From NCBI RefSeq assembly GCF_963921235.1, contig NC_086097.1, forward strand, positions 215,638,001 through 215,702,000: a stretch of DNA of 64,000 nt. The letters are read 5' to 3'. Numbering within the stretch: position 1 is the stretch's first letter; each line of letters opens with the position of its first letter. Made by a program: the position numbers and the translations under genes. The notes beneath the pieces are model-generated. The model had not been told where the DNA came from and did no database searches. It was given only the letters and a program-made list of their open reading frames with translations. Shown here in pieces: positions 38,398 to 50,589 of this stretch. The DNA comes from Mobula hypostoma (taxonomy: Eukaryota).

Positions 38398-39809
38398 CTC
38401 CATTGCATATTTTAACACCAATAGTTAAAGATCAGGAACATCAAGTACTATTGACAGATCTGGATACGTGAATTAGCACAGCTGAATCTGTGATTGATGT
38501 ATACCGTTGGCTTATCTTTTGTGATATTTGGTGATGTTTGAAGAAGGGTGTTGCTTGTTCTTCAACTCTTTAGTAAGATTTTAAATGTAAATTCTGGGCA
38601 GTTAAATATTCAAAGAGATTCTGATCTGATTTTGTGATTCACTACTGTTGGTAACTTAATACATCTTGTGTATTGAAGCATTAAGTATATTCATTAAGCA
38701 ATGTCACATGATCAAATGTGTTGTTCTGTGCATATTTTAACCTGCACTATCCAATAGTTGGGTTTATACATTGTTAAACTATGTCTAAATTTCAGAGGGC
38801 AAATGAACAACACTGCAGAATTTGATTAGTATTGTCTGTAATTTAGAATCATTTGCATGGATTCATACACAGGATGCCAACATTACCAAGAAGACCATCA
38901 TTTACTGCCCTTTATAACTGGTGTTGGTGGTGGTGAGACACTTCTTAAATGCAAGGACTGCAGCTAGACTACAGTTCTATTCAGTAGCAGGTTCTGGAAT
39001 TTTGCATGAATCAACTTACAGATCTGTAATGTCTTTCATAGACTTTGGATGCTACAAAGCACCATATAGGTAATGGACTGCCTGTAACTGATTACCAGAT
39101 ACTTCTAAATCCTGAGGCATTTGTGGCTCAAGAGTGAGTGCAGATCTTAACAACAATTACAGCTTTAAGATTAATCGAGAGTCCCACAGAGATTTTTGGT
39201 CACAGGGTGATTACAAATTCAGGAATGATCAATGACAGTCTGGGCGAAGATTGGTGTCAATCTAGCTGAAAGCCAAGAAGATATTTGTAGGTCTCAGGCT
39301 GATTGCGGGTCCGAGAAATGATTGCTGTCTTAGTGGATGATTGCTAGACTTGTAGTGATAGTGACTCCAAAGAAGAGGTCACTGGACCTGATGGGTAATG
39401 GTGCAGAAGTATTTCAGAGTTAGTTATAGGGCTTCATATCTTGGGGAGTTAATCACAGGTCTGGCTAGAAATGTCATGGGGAGAAGCAAATGGTGCTGGG
39501 GGAATCAAGTCCAGAGATTAGGACTTCCGGCTCCAATGATCAGGGGAGGGGCTGGTGGGATCATCAGCAGGGGATGTCTAGGAGCAGAGGTGCATAATCA
39601 TGCACCTGGTCCATGTCAGGGCCCAGAAGTCAATTGTCAGAAGCTACCTCAAACAGCAATTGTATTGGTAAATTAAAACAGGAAATAAGCTCTTTTAAAA
39701 AAATAGCAGTTCTCATTTCTACTTTACATCTGAAAAAAGGTGTGATACTTCCATTTAAAAGTGCATCCATCTTGGGGTCCAAATTCATATCATTTGGGGG
39801 TTAGCGATA

Positions 39810-40362
39810 CAAGTAGACAGAGTGGTAGATAAAGCACATTGCACACTTGCCTTCACAGCTAGGGGCATACAGTATAACAGTGAGGAAATCATAATGCAGT
39901 TGTATAAAACTGGTTAGGCTGCACTTGGAGTAGTTTTTCATTGATTTAGATGGATTTCTTTGTTCTACTGTGTATGCCTGTAAGGAAATGAATCTCAGGG
40001 TAGTACATGGTGACATATACAGTACGTACTTTGATAATAAATATGCTTTGAACTTTGAAATTTAAACTTTGAGTATTGCATGCAGTTCTGGTCACCTCCA
40101 TTACCGGAAGGGCATGGAGATTTTGGAGAAGAGGTTTACCAGGATTCTGGCTGGATTAGAGGGCATAAACTGTAAGAAGAAGTGGACAAGCTTGGGCTGT
40201 TTTACCTGGAACATCAGATGCTACGAAGAGATCTGATAGATGTTTATAAAATTATGAGAGAGATATATAGGGTAGATAGCAAAAATATTTTTCCCAGAGC
40301 AAAAATGATGAATATAGAGGATGTAGTTTCAAGGAGGGATTGGACAAGATTAAAGGAGATAT
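39810..40362 (+). mobile_element. Degenerate CR1 3' fragment with a short LINE-tail insertion (about 39932-40070)
   Basis: ORF 40182-40379 'KLGLFYLE..RRDLIDVYKIM'. 'gagta' is repeated on both sides of the insert. Confidence 0.7.
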
Positions 40363-41477
40363 GCTGTCATGAAATGTAGAGGACACTTGACCCAAAAGCA
40401 GACAGCAGAGACAATTTAGCAGTAAAGAATATTTATTAATAAACTGCAAAATAACATGCCATGAGGGGCCAGAAAACAAGAGAGAACAGGTACTTAACAT
40501 GACAAGGTAGCAAGGTACAGTACCTGAAGGCTAGGAGCAACTGGATGAGGTCATATGGTTTGATGAATGAACAAGGATTGTGGATGAGAGCTGGGTTTAA
40601 ACAGGCTGCAGGTGATGAGTTGGAAACGAGGGGCAGGAGAATTATATTAGCTGGGTAGAGATTGGGAGGTGACTGCATGTGCAACCCCCACCCCCCTACT
40701 GCTGGCATCCGACAACCCAGGATGATCTGGATGGGTCCAGTGCAAATCCTTAATGAGTGATGCGTCCAGAATGTAACTGGGTAGCACACAATATCTCCTC
40801 ACCGGGCTGTACCATTCCCAGTTAACCAGGTACTGCACACCCTGTCCGTAATGACGTGAATCCATCGACCACCGAACCACCTTCCACCGTCCTTGGTTCC
40901 AGAAGTACAGGCTCAAGTGGGTTGAGTGGTCTATGAACAATGGACTTGAGCAGGACACAAAGAAGGTAGGTGTGATCCTGAGGTGTGGTGAAAGCTGGAG
41001 ACAGTAAGTGACTGAGTTGCTGCAATGAGTAATCTTAAATGGACCAATGAACTGGGGTGACAGCTTGCAGGAGCCGATGCGGAGGGACTGATCTCGGGTG
41101 GACACCCAGACATGATCTCTGGGCCAGAGTAGTTTGGCTGGGTACTGACTGCAGCTAGCCTCGCAGCAGTAGGCATAGCAGGCTGCTCGGCTAGCCCTCC
41201 ATGCCCTCTTCCACACATTTTGGTGTCAGTGATCCAGGGTGCTGGCGGACGGGACTGCTAGCCTTGGCTCCTCCGTGGGGAACAGTGGGGATTGGTAGCC
41301 ATGAAGCACTTCAAGGGATGACATACCTGTGGAAGAGGAGGTGTGTAAGTTGAAGGACAGGAGGGCCCAGAGCAGATGCGTCTTCCATGTGCAAGGGTTA
41401 GAGGCAATGAAGCATCTCAGAAATTTCTCCACTTGCTGTTTGCCCCTTTCTGATTGACCATTGGTCTGTGGGTGATA

Positions 41478-42148
41478 GACCATAAGACAAAGGAGCAGAA
41501 GTCGGCCATTCGGCCCATCGAGTCTGCTCCATCATTTTATCATGAGCTGATCCATTCTCCCATTTAGTCCCACTCCCCCGCCTTCTCACCATAACCTTTG
41601 ATGCCCTGGCTACTCAGATACCTATCAATCTCTGCCTTAAATACACCCAATGACTTGGCCTCCACTGCTGCCCGTGGCAACAAATTCCATAGATTCACCA
41701 CCCTCTGACTAAAAAAATTCCTTCGCATTTCTGTTCTGAATGGGCGCCCTTCAATCCTTAAGTCATGCCCTCTCGTATTAGACTCCCCCATCATGGGAAA
41801 CAACTTTGCCACATCCACTCTGTCCATGCCTTTCAACATTCGAAATGTTTCTATGAGGTCTCCCCTCATTCTTCTAAACTCCAAGGAATACAGTCCAAGA
41901 GTGGACAAACGTTCCTCATATGTTAACCCTCTCATTCCCAGAATCATTCTAGTGAATCTTCTCTGTACCCTCTCCAACGTCAGCACATCCTTTCTTAAAT
42001 AAGGAGCCCAAAACTGCCCACAGTACTCCAAGTGAGGTCTCACCAGCGCCTTATAGAGCCTCAACATCACATCCCTGCTCCTATACTCTATTCCTCCAGA
42101 AATGAATGCCAGCATTGCATTTGCCTTCTTCACTACCGACTCAACCTG
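41478..42148 (-). mobile_element. Young 5'-truncated CR1 inserted in the chromovirus integrase
   Basis: Uninterrupted ORF 41564-42133(-), 189 aa. Tail ccataagac; 'atag' at both junctions. Confidence 0.93.
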
Positions 42149-42329
42149 AATAGCCAGAGGATAAACTCACTCAGTGGGGGAGGAGGGAGCAGAAGACTCA
42201 TCAGAAGCGTGAGACAAATTGTGGGTGCCAGTGTGACACAAAAGCCTGAGAAAAACCATGGCGCAGAACTACATGTTGAAGAACAAGATCTGCTGTTTCA
42301 GTGGCCGATGGAAGTTTTGGGAGGGCAAT

Positions 42330-43848
42330 TGTAACACCTGTGTAGCACCAGTCTTATCATATGTGACTAGTCATTGCACTCTTTTGAGAAAATCAAAATA
42401 CACTAGGCACTAATAGGCCATCAGAAAGTTCTAGGTATCGGAAGGAGGCAGTGAATAGAAACCACACACTTCTGAATATAAGTTTTGTTTATAAGAAAAA
42501 AAACATATGTACAAAATTTTGCATGAGCAAGAACAATGCAAAATTCCAACATTCTAGGAGCGGGAGGAGAAGATGGCAGTGCGCCTGCGTGTGCGCAGCC
42601 CTCCAGTGAAAAATGATATCATATTTGTTAAATAGGGGCCGTGGACAATTCTGATTTGATGAAGAATGGACGTGAAAGCACAGAGGAACATCTGGAGTAA
42701 TTTCTGAAACGCCCGTTTGCTGCTGTCGTCACTGTGTGGTCGGGAATCTTTCAGAGGGTAGGCCTCAAAATCCCCGGCCTTGCCTGCTTTTGGCGATGGA
42801 GAAGGAGGTCGAATCGTTCGGACAGAGATGGCGCTCAGTACTCGGTGTCGGAGAGCTGATCAGAGCTCGAAGTTTTCGGATGACTCAGAGTCGGATTGTG
42901 GTCAGCATGGCAGGGAGAGTTTTTCTTCCTTCTCTCGTCTGCGTGAGATGTGGGACATTTGAGAAACTTTGAGCTTTACTGTGCTCACTGACTTCTTCAT
43001 CAAGTTATGGTATTGTTACACTGTTTGTAACTATATGTTATAATTATGTGGTTTTGTCAGTCTTTTCAGTCTTGGTTTGTCCTGTGTTTTGTGATATCAC
43101 ACCGGAGGAAATAATGTATCATTTCCTAATGCATGCATTACTAAATGACAATAAAAGAGGACCACATGTCTCCATAATCATATCATATCATATCATATTC
43201 TGCTTAGGTTCCAAATCTTAGATCCAAATCAATAATTAGTTTTTGCAGAAAATCGAATTTGGATTCTTCGAATGAAAATAAACTTATATACCCAACCATA
43301 TTAAATCCTCTGCGTCATTACACATTTCGTTCCCACGCCAGTTCTTCATCCTGGGTGGCTCCCCATCTTGTTTCTTGGTCCATTGGAATGAAATAGTATA
43401 TCATCCACAGTAAGTCAGTTCACAAACCTGTACAAAAACTTGACCAAATCACTTGGTATGATTTTTGCAGGACCAACTCCCAACTACGTGGCAGGGATCT
43501 TGGACACTGGTCTCTGCCGATATTGTCTCGTTAAAGCTGCTGCATGTTATAGCTGTAGCTTCAATAAATCTTATATTGTCTCTCCTCTGGGGGTTTCACC
43601 CTGAGGTTTTCAAGTTAGTAGGGTAAAGATATTCACTATCAATTCCACTCCTAACAGTTTATATCTTCAACTTCTAATTGTTACTGCGTTTCTCTCCTTG
43701 TCCGTCCTGTGTCCAGCCATGTCCCTCCCTCCCATAGAATTTTTTTTTCAAATTCACCTTTTTTTTTAATCGGTAATCTTCATTTTCATCCCCCCACAGG
43801 TAGAATTTTCTAACATTACAACTTTGGGTTTAATTAACCTGGGTTTCA
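42330..43848 (-). mobile_element. Probable solo LTR or LTR-like insertion in the chromovirus integrase
   Basis: Begins TGTAAC and ends ..GTTTCA; host integrase resumes at about 43850. Minus-strand TATATAA at about 43284-43290. TSD not clean. Confidence 0.45.
42557..43197 (+). mobile_element. Non-autonomous CpG-rich retroposon with (ATCAT)n tail
   Basis: Related to 33426-34108 at the 5' head and over the 3' ~250 bp. Confidence 0.75.
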
Positions 43849-45504
43849 CCCATGAAGTGGCCCACCTTGGAGAACTGGTCCACTGCAGTCATAATCACAA
43901 TTGCCCCATCAAACCCATGATGAAATCCATGGTGATGTGGGACCACAGAGCCCGGTACAGGTCGCAGGGCCACAGTGGGCCTTTGGTTGGCGGAATTGAA
44001 ATGGGCACATTTAGGGAAGGCTATGATTATGGTGAGCCAGTAGAACCAGCGTTGCAGAGAAACCAGAGTCTGCCATGCACCTGGATGGCCAGAGTGGGGT
44101 GAGGGCTGGGCCAACTGCAGTGCCTCAGTGTACACAGCCGCCAGCACACACACGTGTGCGGTTGTCAGGTGTGCCGGCTGGAGTAGGGCCAGGCGGATCT
44201 GGTTCTCAAGATCCCTGATTATCAGGGGGATCCATGAGGATGGAATGATGGGCTAAGGGTTGATCTCCATTTCAGCTGGGTTGAACTGGCATAACAGGAC
44301 GTCCACCTAAATGTTCTTGGAACGGAGATCGTAGGAGACGATCAAGTTGAATTACTCAAAAAAGAGGGCCCAGCGAGCCTGAGTTGGGTTGAGTTGGCAG
44401 GTCTCTTGTATGGATATGAGGTTCCGAAGGTCTGTCCAGATCAAGAAAGATGCAGTGTTCCCAGTCAGCCAATGTCTCCATTTCTTCAAGACCCACTTAA
44501 TGGCAAGTAGCTCCCCATCTCCTACTCCACACAGAGCTGTACAGAGTCGAACTCGCACAAGAAGACACGAGAGGATGGCCTCAGGGCCCATGTCAGATGC
44601 ATCTACCTCTAACACAAAAGGCTCGGAGGGGTTTTGATGGTGGAGAATGGGAGCAGTGGTGAAGCGTCTCTTGATCTCCATGAACGATTAGTCCACGACA
44701 GTAGACCAGGTTATCCGTAAGGTAGGTGATTTGGTGAGGAGCAGCAATTTGGCTGTAGTTCCTGATGAAAGGGTGGCAGAAGTTGAAGAAGCCCAAGAAG
44801 CACGCTAGCTGTTTAATGAAGCATGGTCAGGGCCATTCAATGACGGCACAGATTTCCCCTGGGTTCATGGCTATGCCTTGAGGTGAAAAGACAGAACCAA
44901 GGAAGAAAATAACTGGTGTATGGAACTGGCATTTTTCTAATGCAGTACAGCTGGTTTTAAAGGAGACACTGAAGGGACATAACAGACATGGTCATGGAGG
45001 TCATAGGAGAAGATGAGAATGTCATTGAGGTAGATGAAGCATGTGTCAGAGCATCTCATTGATGAAGGCTTGGAAAATGGCTGGACTGTTGAAACATCTG
45101 AAAGGCATCACCAAGTATTCACAATTGCTAGTGGGTGTTATGAACAGCGCTGTCCATTCCTCCCGCTGGCGGACGCGGATCAGGTTGTTCACACTCTGTT
45201 TTTCCAGTTGGTGAAGTTGCTGGCCCTGTGGAGTGTCTTGAATGCGCTATTCATCAAGGGGAGAGGGTAGCGGTTCTTCATGGTGACTTTGTGAGACCAC
45301 GGTAGTCAATGCAGGGTTAAGGAAACAGATTCTTCTTTGTAACAAAGAAGAACCTTGCAGCAGGTGGGGTCTGGGATGGTTGAATGAAGCTGTGCTGTAG
45401 TGCTTTGACGATGTAATCATACAAGTCAGACATGGCTTGTGTCTCAAGGGAGAAGTAGGAGAACAGAGGACCTTGGGCAATGGTGGTGCACAGGAGGAGG
45501 TCTG

Positions 45505-45662
45505 ATTTTTCATCCTTTTTCTCCAGTCATGATGAAGTGTCTTGGCCTGAAACGTCGACTGTTTACTCATTTCTATAGATGCTGCCTGGCTTGCTGAGTC
45601 CTCTAGCATTTTGTGTGTGCTGCTTGGATTTCCAACATCTGCAGATTTTCTTTGGTTTGTGA
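45505..45662 (+). mobile_element. Penelope-derived single-arm insertion with hammerhead motif
   Basis: AGTC-ATGATGA-AGTG-TCTTGG-CCT-GAAAC-GTC-GACT at 45525-45560. Confidence 0.8.
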
Positions 45663-45664
45663 TA

Positions 45665-46700
45665 GCTAATCCCCTAGTAAGCTCAATGACAATCTGTTCT
45701 AAAAAACCACCTCATAGGCATAAAAAATTCACTCTCTTGAGATCCATTACCAACCTGATTTTCCCAATCTACCTGCATGTTAAAATCTCCCATGACTATC
45801 ATTACATTGCCCTTTTGACACGCATTTTCTGTTTCCCATTGTAATCTGTAGTCCACATCCCAGCTATTATTTGTAGGCCTGTATATAGCTGGCTTCAGGA
45901 TTCTTTTACCCTTGCAGTGTCTTAACTCAACCCACAAGGATTTAACAATGTCACATCTTTCTAATGATTTGATGCCATTCTTTACCAGCTGAGCCACGCC
46001 ACCCCCTCTGCCTACCTTCCTGTATAGTTTTTCACTCTTTTGCATTTCCCCCTCTGATGTCGTTGAAATTTCTATATCTGCAACATTGAGTTGTCAGTCA
46101 GGTCCTTCCTAAACCATGGTTCTACGATTGCAGCAATACTATTATCCCATGTGTTGATACACCCACCTGTCTTACCCGTGAGGCTTTTTACATTAAAGTA
46201 AATGCAATTAAGCCTACTGGCCCTCTCGTGTTTCCAATCCTGACTCTGCCTGCTCTTTCCACTGGATTGTTCTATTTTCTACATAGGAGTCAGACTCAAT
46301 GGCCCAATTCTGTTCCTATACCTCATGATTTTATGGTCTTGTGGTCAGCATCTCTACCTACTGCACTGCCATTTTTGGTCCCACCATTCCACGCCCCCCC
46401 CATCCCCCACCACCTAATAAGTTTAAAAACACCAGCAAGCTTCCTTTCAAATGTACTAGGCCCCCTCCAGCTGTGCAACCAGTCCTTCATGTATCGATCA
46501 CCCCGATCCAGAGATCCCAATCATCAAACACCTGAAGCCCTCCCTCCTGCACCAGCTCTTTTGCCTCACTTTCATGAGTCCTATCTTCCTACTTCTATAC
46601 TCAATAGCACCCTAAAGACACAGCTTTTCAACTTTCAACCTAACTCTAAATTCCCTTTGCCAGTATCTGTCTCTCTTCTACTGTCTGCCTGCTTCTGCTG
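45665..46700 (-). mobile_element. CR1 fragments (APE and degenerate ORF1 end)
   Basis: ORF 45683-46045(-) 'SLWVELRHCKGK..IYRPTNN..MGDFNMQVDW'. Confidence 0.75.
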
Positions 46701-47049
46701 ACAGTTCACCATCTACTCTTCGGCTTAACCTACATTACTCCAACAAGGATACAAGTTCTGTTGCTCTGTTAAGTTCTGTTCCTCAACGCTAGCCCCGCTA
46801 ACAGGGGAAAAGATCACTTTGCCTTACTTCATGCTGCCTTCTCGTCAAACTTGACATAGAATGGATTATGTGTATGCAATCCTAATGAACAATGATAATG
46901 TTCAACACTGTTCCCGATCGGAATTAACTGCTTTCTAAGTAGAGAGTGTGTTGAGGAGGTGGAATGTTGTGAATCGTAATATATAGAGGAAGAAGATCGA
47001 ATATTGGGGGTTAAGATGGAAATCCCTGACTTAACAGCGGTAGTATTGC

Positions 47050-47180
47050 AAACATGAGAAAATCAGGTTTTCTGGAAATCCTGATGAAGGGTCTCGACCA
47101 GAAACGTCAACTCTTTATTTTTTTCCATAGATGCTGCCTGGCCTGCTGAGTTCCTCCAGCATTTTGTGTGTGCTTCCCTG
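47050..47180 (+). mobile_element. Penelope-derived fragment with intact hammerhead core nucleotides
   Basis: CTGATGA 47081-47087 and GAAACGTC 47101-47108. Confidence 0.8.
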
Positions 47181-47675
47181 GCTTAGTTGACTGATGAAGC
47201 AAGCAAAATCTCTGCTACAATGTACAGCAGTGAAATGAAAGGAAATTAGTATGCAGAAAACACTGGCTAAAACAATGAGATAGTTCAGCTGGTGACCTTG
47301 TCAAGCCTGTCTCGAACAGAGTCTTAGGTACAAGGACTATGTAGATATTATTTGTGAGTTAAGAACAGGAAAACTCAAGTTGTGATCCTTTCTGAACTTG
47401 CAGTTATGCCTAATTTCATCTTGTAATGTAATTGTGATGATTTTCCAAGCACAGTCACAGAGAGACAGAAGTGGGTTGCTGAAGGATGCGTTTCACATTT
47501 TGCTGCATTCCTAGGTGGAACAAGCTTTTACAAATTCGATCACTGAAAGCACTTCACTGCACTTTTCTTCTGTGTGGTCAGTTTACATGTGATATCAGTA
47601 ACAATAGTGTATAAACTTCTCATATTAAAACATGATAACAAAGATAAAGACAAGAGATTCTGTAGATGCTGGAAA

Positions 47676-47718
47676 TTCTCTCTCTCTCTCTCTCTCTTTC
47701 TCTTTCTCTCACTCTCTC
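47676..47718. repeat. Imperfect (CT)n microsatellite
   Basis: Direct inspection. Confidence 0.9.
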
Positions 47719-47739
47719 AATGGTGAGAGAGAGTTTGCT

Positions 47740-48190
47740 GCCAATTCTAGAGTCAGGGAAACTCGAAATAAAGCAACGCTGCAGATTGTAGCATCAAAGC
47801 AGCGTGCTGTAGGTCTCCCTCTCGCTCTGGCAGGAGCGATACCGCTCTCTCCCTCGTTCATGAGAGAGGGAGAACCTGCAGCATGCTGAGGTGCTGGGAT
47901 GCACAGTGTTTTTTTGATGGACTCTCGATCATGGTTTCTTTGGGGCTTTGCTATAGCTTGCATGGTGAGTGGTCGGGTGGTCGAGTGCTCAGGCAGGTGA
48001 GGGAAGGGTTGATGCTTTGCTACTGCTTGTGTCTAGGAGGGAGGTGGGGGCTTTGGGGTTCTAACATTTTCTGTCATCCATTCTTTGAGGATTTTTTCTT
48101 CTGTTTTGTGGATGTCTGTGAAGAGTAAGGATTTCAGGTTGTATACTGTATACATTCTCTGATATTAAATGGAACTATTGACCTATTGAA
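47740..48190 (+). mobile_element. Non-coding retroposon with LINE-type tail
   Basis: Ends 'atttcaggttgtatactgtatacattctctgatattaaatggaactattgacctattgaa'. Confidence 0.5.
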
Positions 48191-48335
48191 CACACACAAA
48201 TTGCAGGAGGAACTTAACAGATAAGCAAACTCAACAACTGAATGCTGATGAATGTCTTGGCCTGAAATGTCAACAGTTTGTTCCTCTCCATAGATGCTGC
48301 TTGTCCTGCTGAGTTCTTCCAGTATTTTGTGTGTG
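48190..48335. mobile_element. Penelope-derived fold-back element
   Basis: Arms 'acacacacaaattgcaggaggaact' and 'agttcttccagtattttgtgtgtgt'. CTGATGA..GAAAT-GTC at 48245-48271. Confidence 0.7.
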
Positions 48336-49769
48336 TTATTATTATAACAAGAGTCGCTGAAGATTGAAAATGAATTAAAATAATGGAAAAACATTGGGGA
48401 GCAAAGACCACTTTCCAATAAAAGATAATGAAGCATTAACATTTGTTCTATAAAATTAGGACCTTAAAAAGGTCCCTTTGCATACCTGTATTGAAGAAAA
48501 TGCCACTGGCTGGGACTTCTGTCAAAATGTCAAGTACATAATAGAGCTTGCTAACCTTGGTTTTCTTCCATGTGCACAGTTAATAAAGCCCCTGCTCAAA
48601 CGCAGCAGGAGTGATTGCTACGGACATATGGTCCCCACAGACATATGCAATGGGCCAATTGAATTTTCTAACCATGCTATATTCTGGCCTCTACTCATCC
48701 AAGCACTGCCAGTACAAGCAGAATTTTCCATAAAAGGTAACCCTTAGTGAAAATTATGGCCCACAGGATATTGGATGGCTAGTCACTCTATAACTTCAAA
48801 TTGGTAGCATCAAGGGAATGACACTCTCTAGTTATTAAATGTCAGCAGATTCAAACAAACTGCAAAATAATTCCTCATGTATGCAATTTCTAGGAAAATC
48901 ATGATCCTCACCCAGGCATTTATTTACAAAAATAAAGCATTTCAAGAGAAATAATATGCAGAAATGTCCTGCTAGATTTACAAAGACATTGCAAATAAGA
49001 TGTAAGAGGAAATTATCCCCAAATGTGTCAGTTAATTTTAGTCAAGTGGTTGTTCTTCCTTCTAGTTATCATATGAAGGTTTATTTCTGAATGTTCTCCA
49101 CTGAGAACAGCTTCATACTTCACAAGTAGAGATCAGAAGGATTATGAGGTGTGAAAATATTAAACTACTGTTACAATTCCGGTGCTGCAGGTTGACAGTG
49201 GTTTGAAAGCAACTACACACAATAATTCTACTCATCACAGTTATGTATTGACACGATAGGGACCACAGTATTGACACTAGTTCTGCCTGTAATATATTTG
49301 GCTGGGGTCAGTTCACTGTAAAACTTACGTTAATTTTCATTCCAAAACATTGATAAACAAACTTTTTTGAGAAAAAATCATACTGGTAAACTTGTTTCAG
49401 CCCAAGTGTTCAGGATTTCTTTGCCCAAAACCAAATATTAATTGTATATTTGCTCATCTGAATTATGAATTGTATCATGTTTCCCTACAACATTGCTCAC
49501 ATTTCACTCAAATCCAAAATGGTCATGTGTAAGAGGTTACCACTGTTTCATATTACTTATTGTAATAAACAGGGAGATTGTCATCAGGTGTCACTGCCTC
49601 TGAAAAATTAAATATTTCATATGCCTCCTTTGTGAAAAATGTCAATTGAAATGCAGAGCTAATTTTCCTTTTAATTAGTTAAGAAAATGAGTACAAATTC
49701 ATATTATTCTGCTTTTATCTTCATCCAAATTATGCAAGTTAAATTTCCCACAGAATTTTACTTTAAGCA

Positions 49770-49863
49770 ACATGCACAAAATTCTGAAAGAACTCAGAAG
49801 ATCAGGCAACATTTATGGGAATTAATAAGTAGCTGACGTTTCAGACCAAAACCCTTCATCAGG
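49770..49863 (-). mobile_element. Penelope-derived fragment with hammerhead core
   Basis: Minus strand reads CTGATGA-AGGG-TTTTGG-TCT-GAAAC-GTC (49862-49835). Confidence 0.75.
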
Positions 49864-50034
49864 AAGTTTTGATGTTATATCAGTATCAGTTATATACACA
49901 GGCTTCAAAAATGGTTTATTGCAATTACAAAATTCTAGAAATGTAAATGTGCAAAGTTAACATATTTTCTGGAAATTTATTTCTATACTTAGCCCCATTG
50001 CCTTCCAAAGACTGCATTTAAATCACGTTGTACT

Positions 50035-50480
50035 CTGGTTGCAGTCATGGACTGGATTTATAATTGACTCAGTAGGTAGAAGAAGGTGATGCTCCAGTGT
50101 TGCTTCTTGGATTGGATGCCTGCGTCTAGTGGTGTGCCACAGGCTTCAGTGCTGGCATCTTTATGGTTCGTAAAGTTGTATAAATAATTTGTTTGTATAC
50201 GTACACGGTTAGTAAGTGTGCAGACAGCACTAAAATAGGTGGTGTTGTAGATAATGTGGAAGGTTATGAAAAATTATAAGGTGATCTTGATCAGCTGGCT
50301 GCGCACGATGAGGATTGGAAAATGGCTTTCAATCCAGTTAAATGTGAAGTATTGCATTTTGCTGGCCTTCATCAGTCAGGTTATTGAGTACAGGAGTTGG
50401 GAAGTTACGTTGTAGTTATATTGGCACGGCCATACTTGGTGTACAGCTTTGGCCACACAAAGATAGGAAAGATATTACAC
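50035..50480 (+). mobile_element. Highly degenerate CR1 RT fragment
   Basis: 'agtggtgtgccacaggcttcagtgctgg' and 'gcagacagcactaaaataggtgg' are remnants of SGVPQGSVL and ADDTKIGG. Confidence 0.65.
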
Positions 50481-50589
50481 TGCTAGAGTGGTCAGTCAGG
50501 CTTTGGCTCAACAGGCTTGGACAAGCACAGATGCAGGCTCTATGTAAGTTTTTATTTTCTGTCAGTACATTGAAAGTGCACTGAGAATG

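Larger units (their letters stand above)
40365..45500 (-). mobile_element. Decayed chromodomain-bearing Gypsy retrotransposon (chromovirus) with 3' LTR at about 40365-40682
   Basis: Chromodomain 'QYLVNWEWYSP..ILDASLIKDLH' (40647-41216). Integrase 'YHPQTNGQSER' (41226-41483) and 'HSGHPG' (43830-44153). RNase H 'EVDASD..ELLAIKW' (44352-44681). RT remnants at 44700-45400. PPT (C-run on +) at about 40684-40697. Confidence 0.9.

Noticed and set aside
40647..45400. PEG10/RTL1-like domesticated gene
   Set aside because: Many frameshifts, stops and nested insertions.
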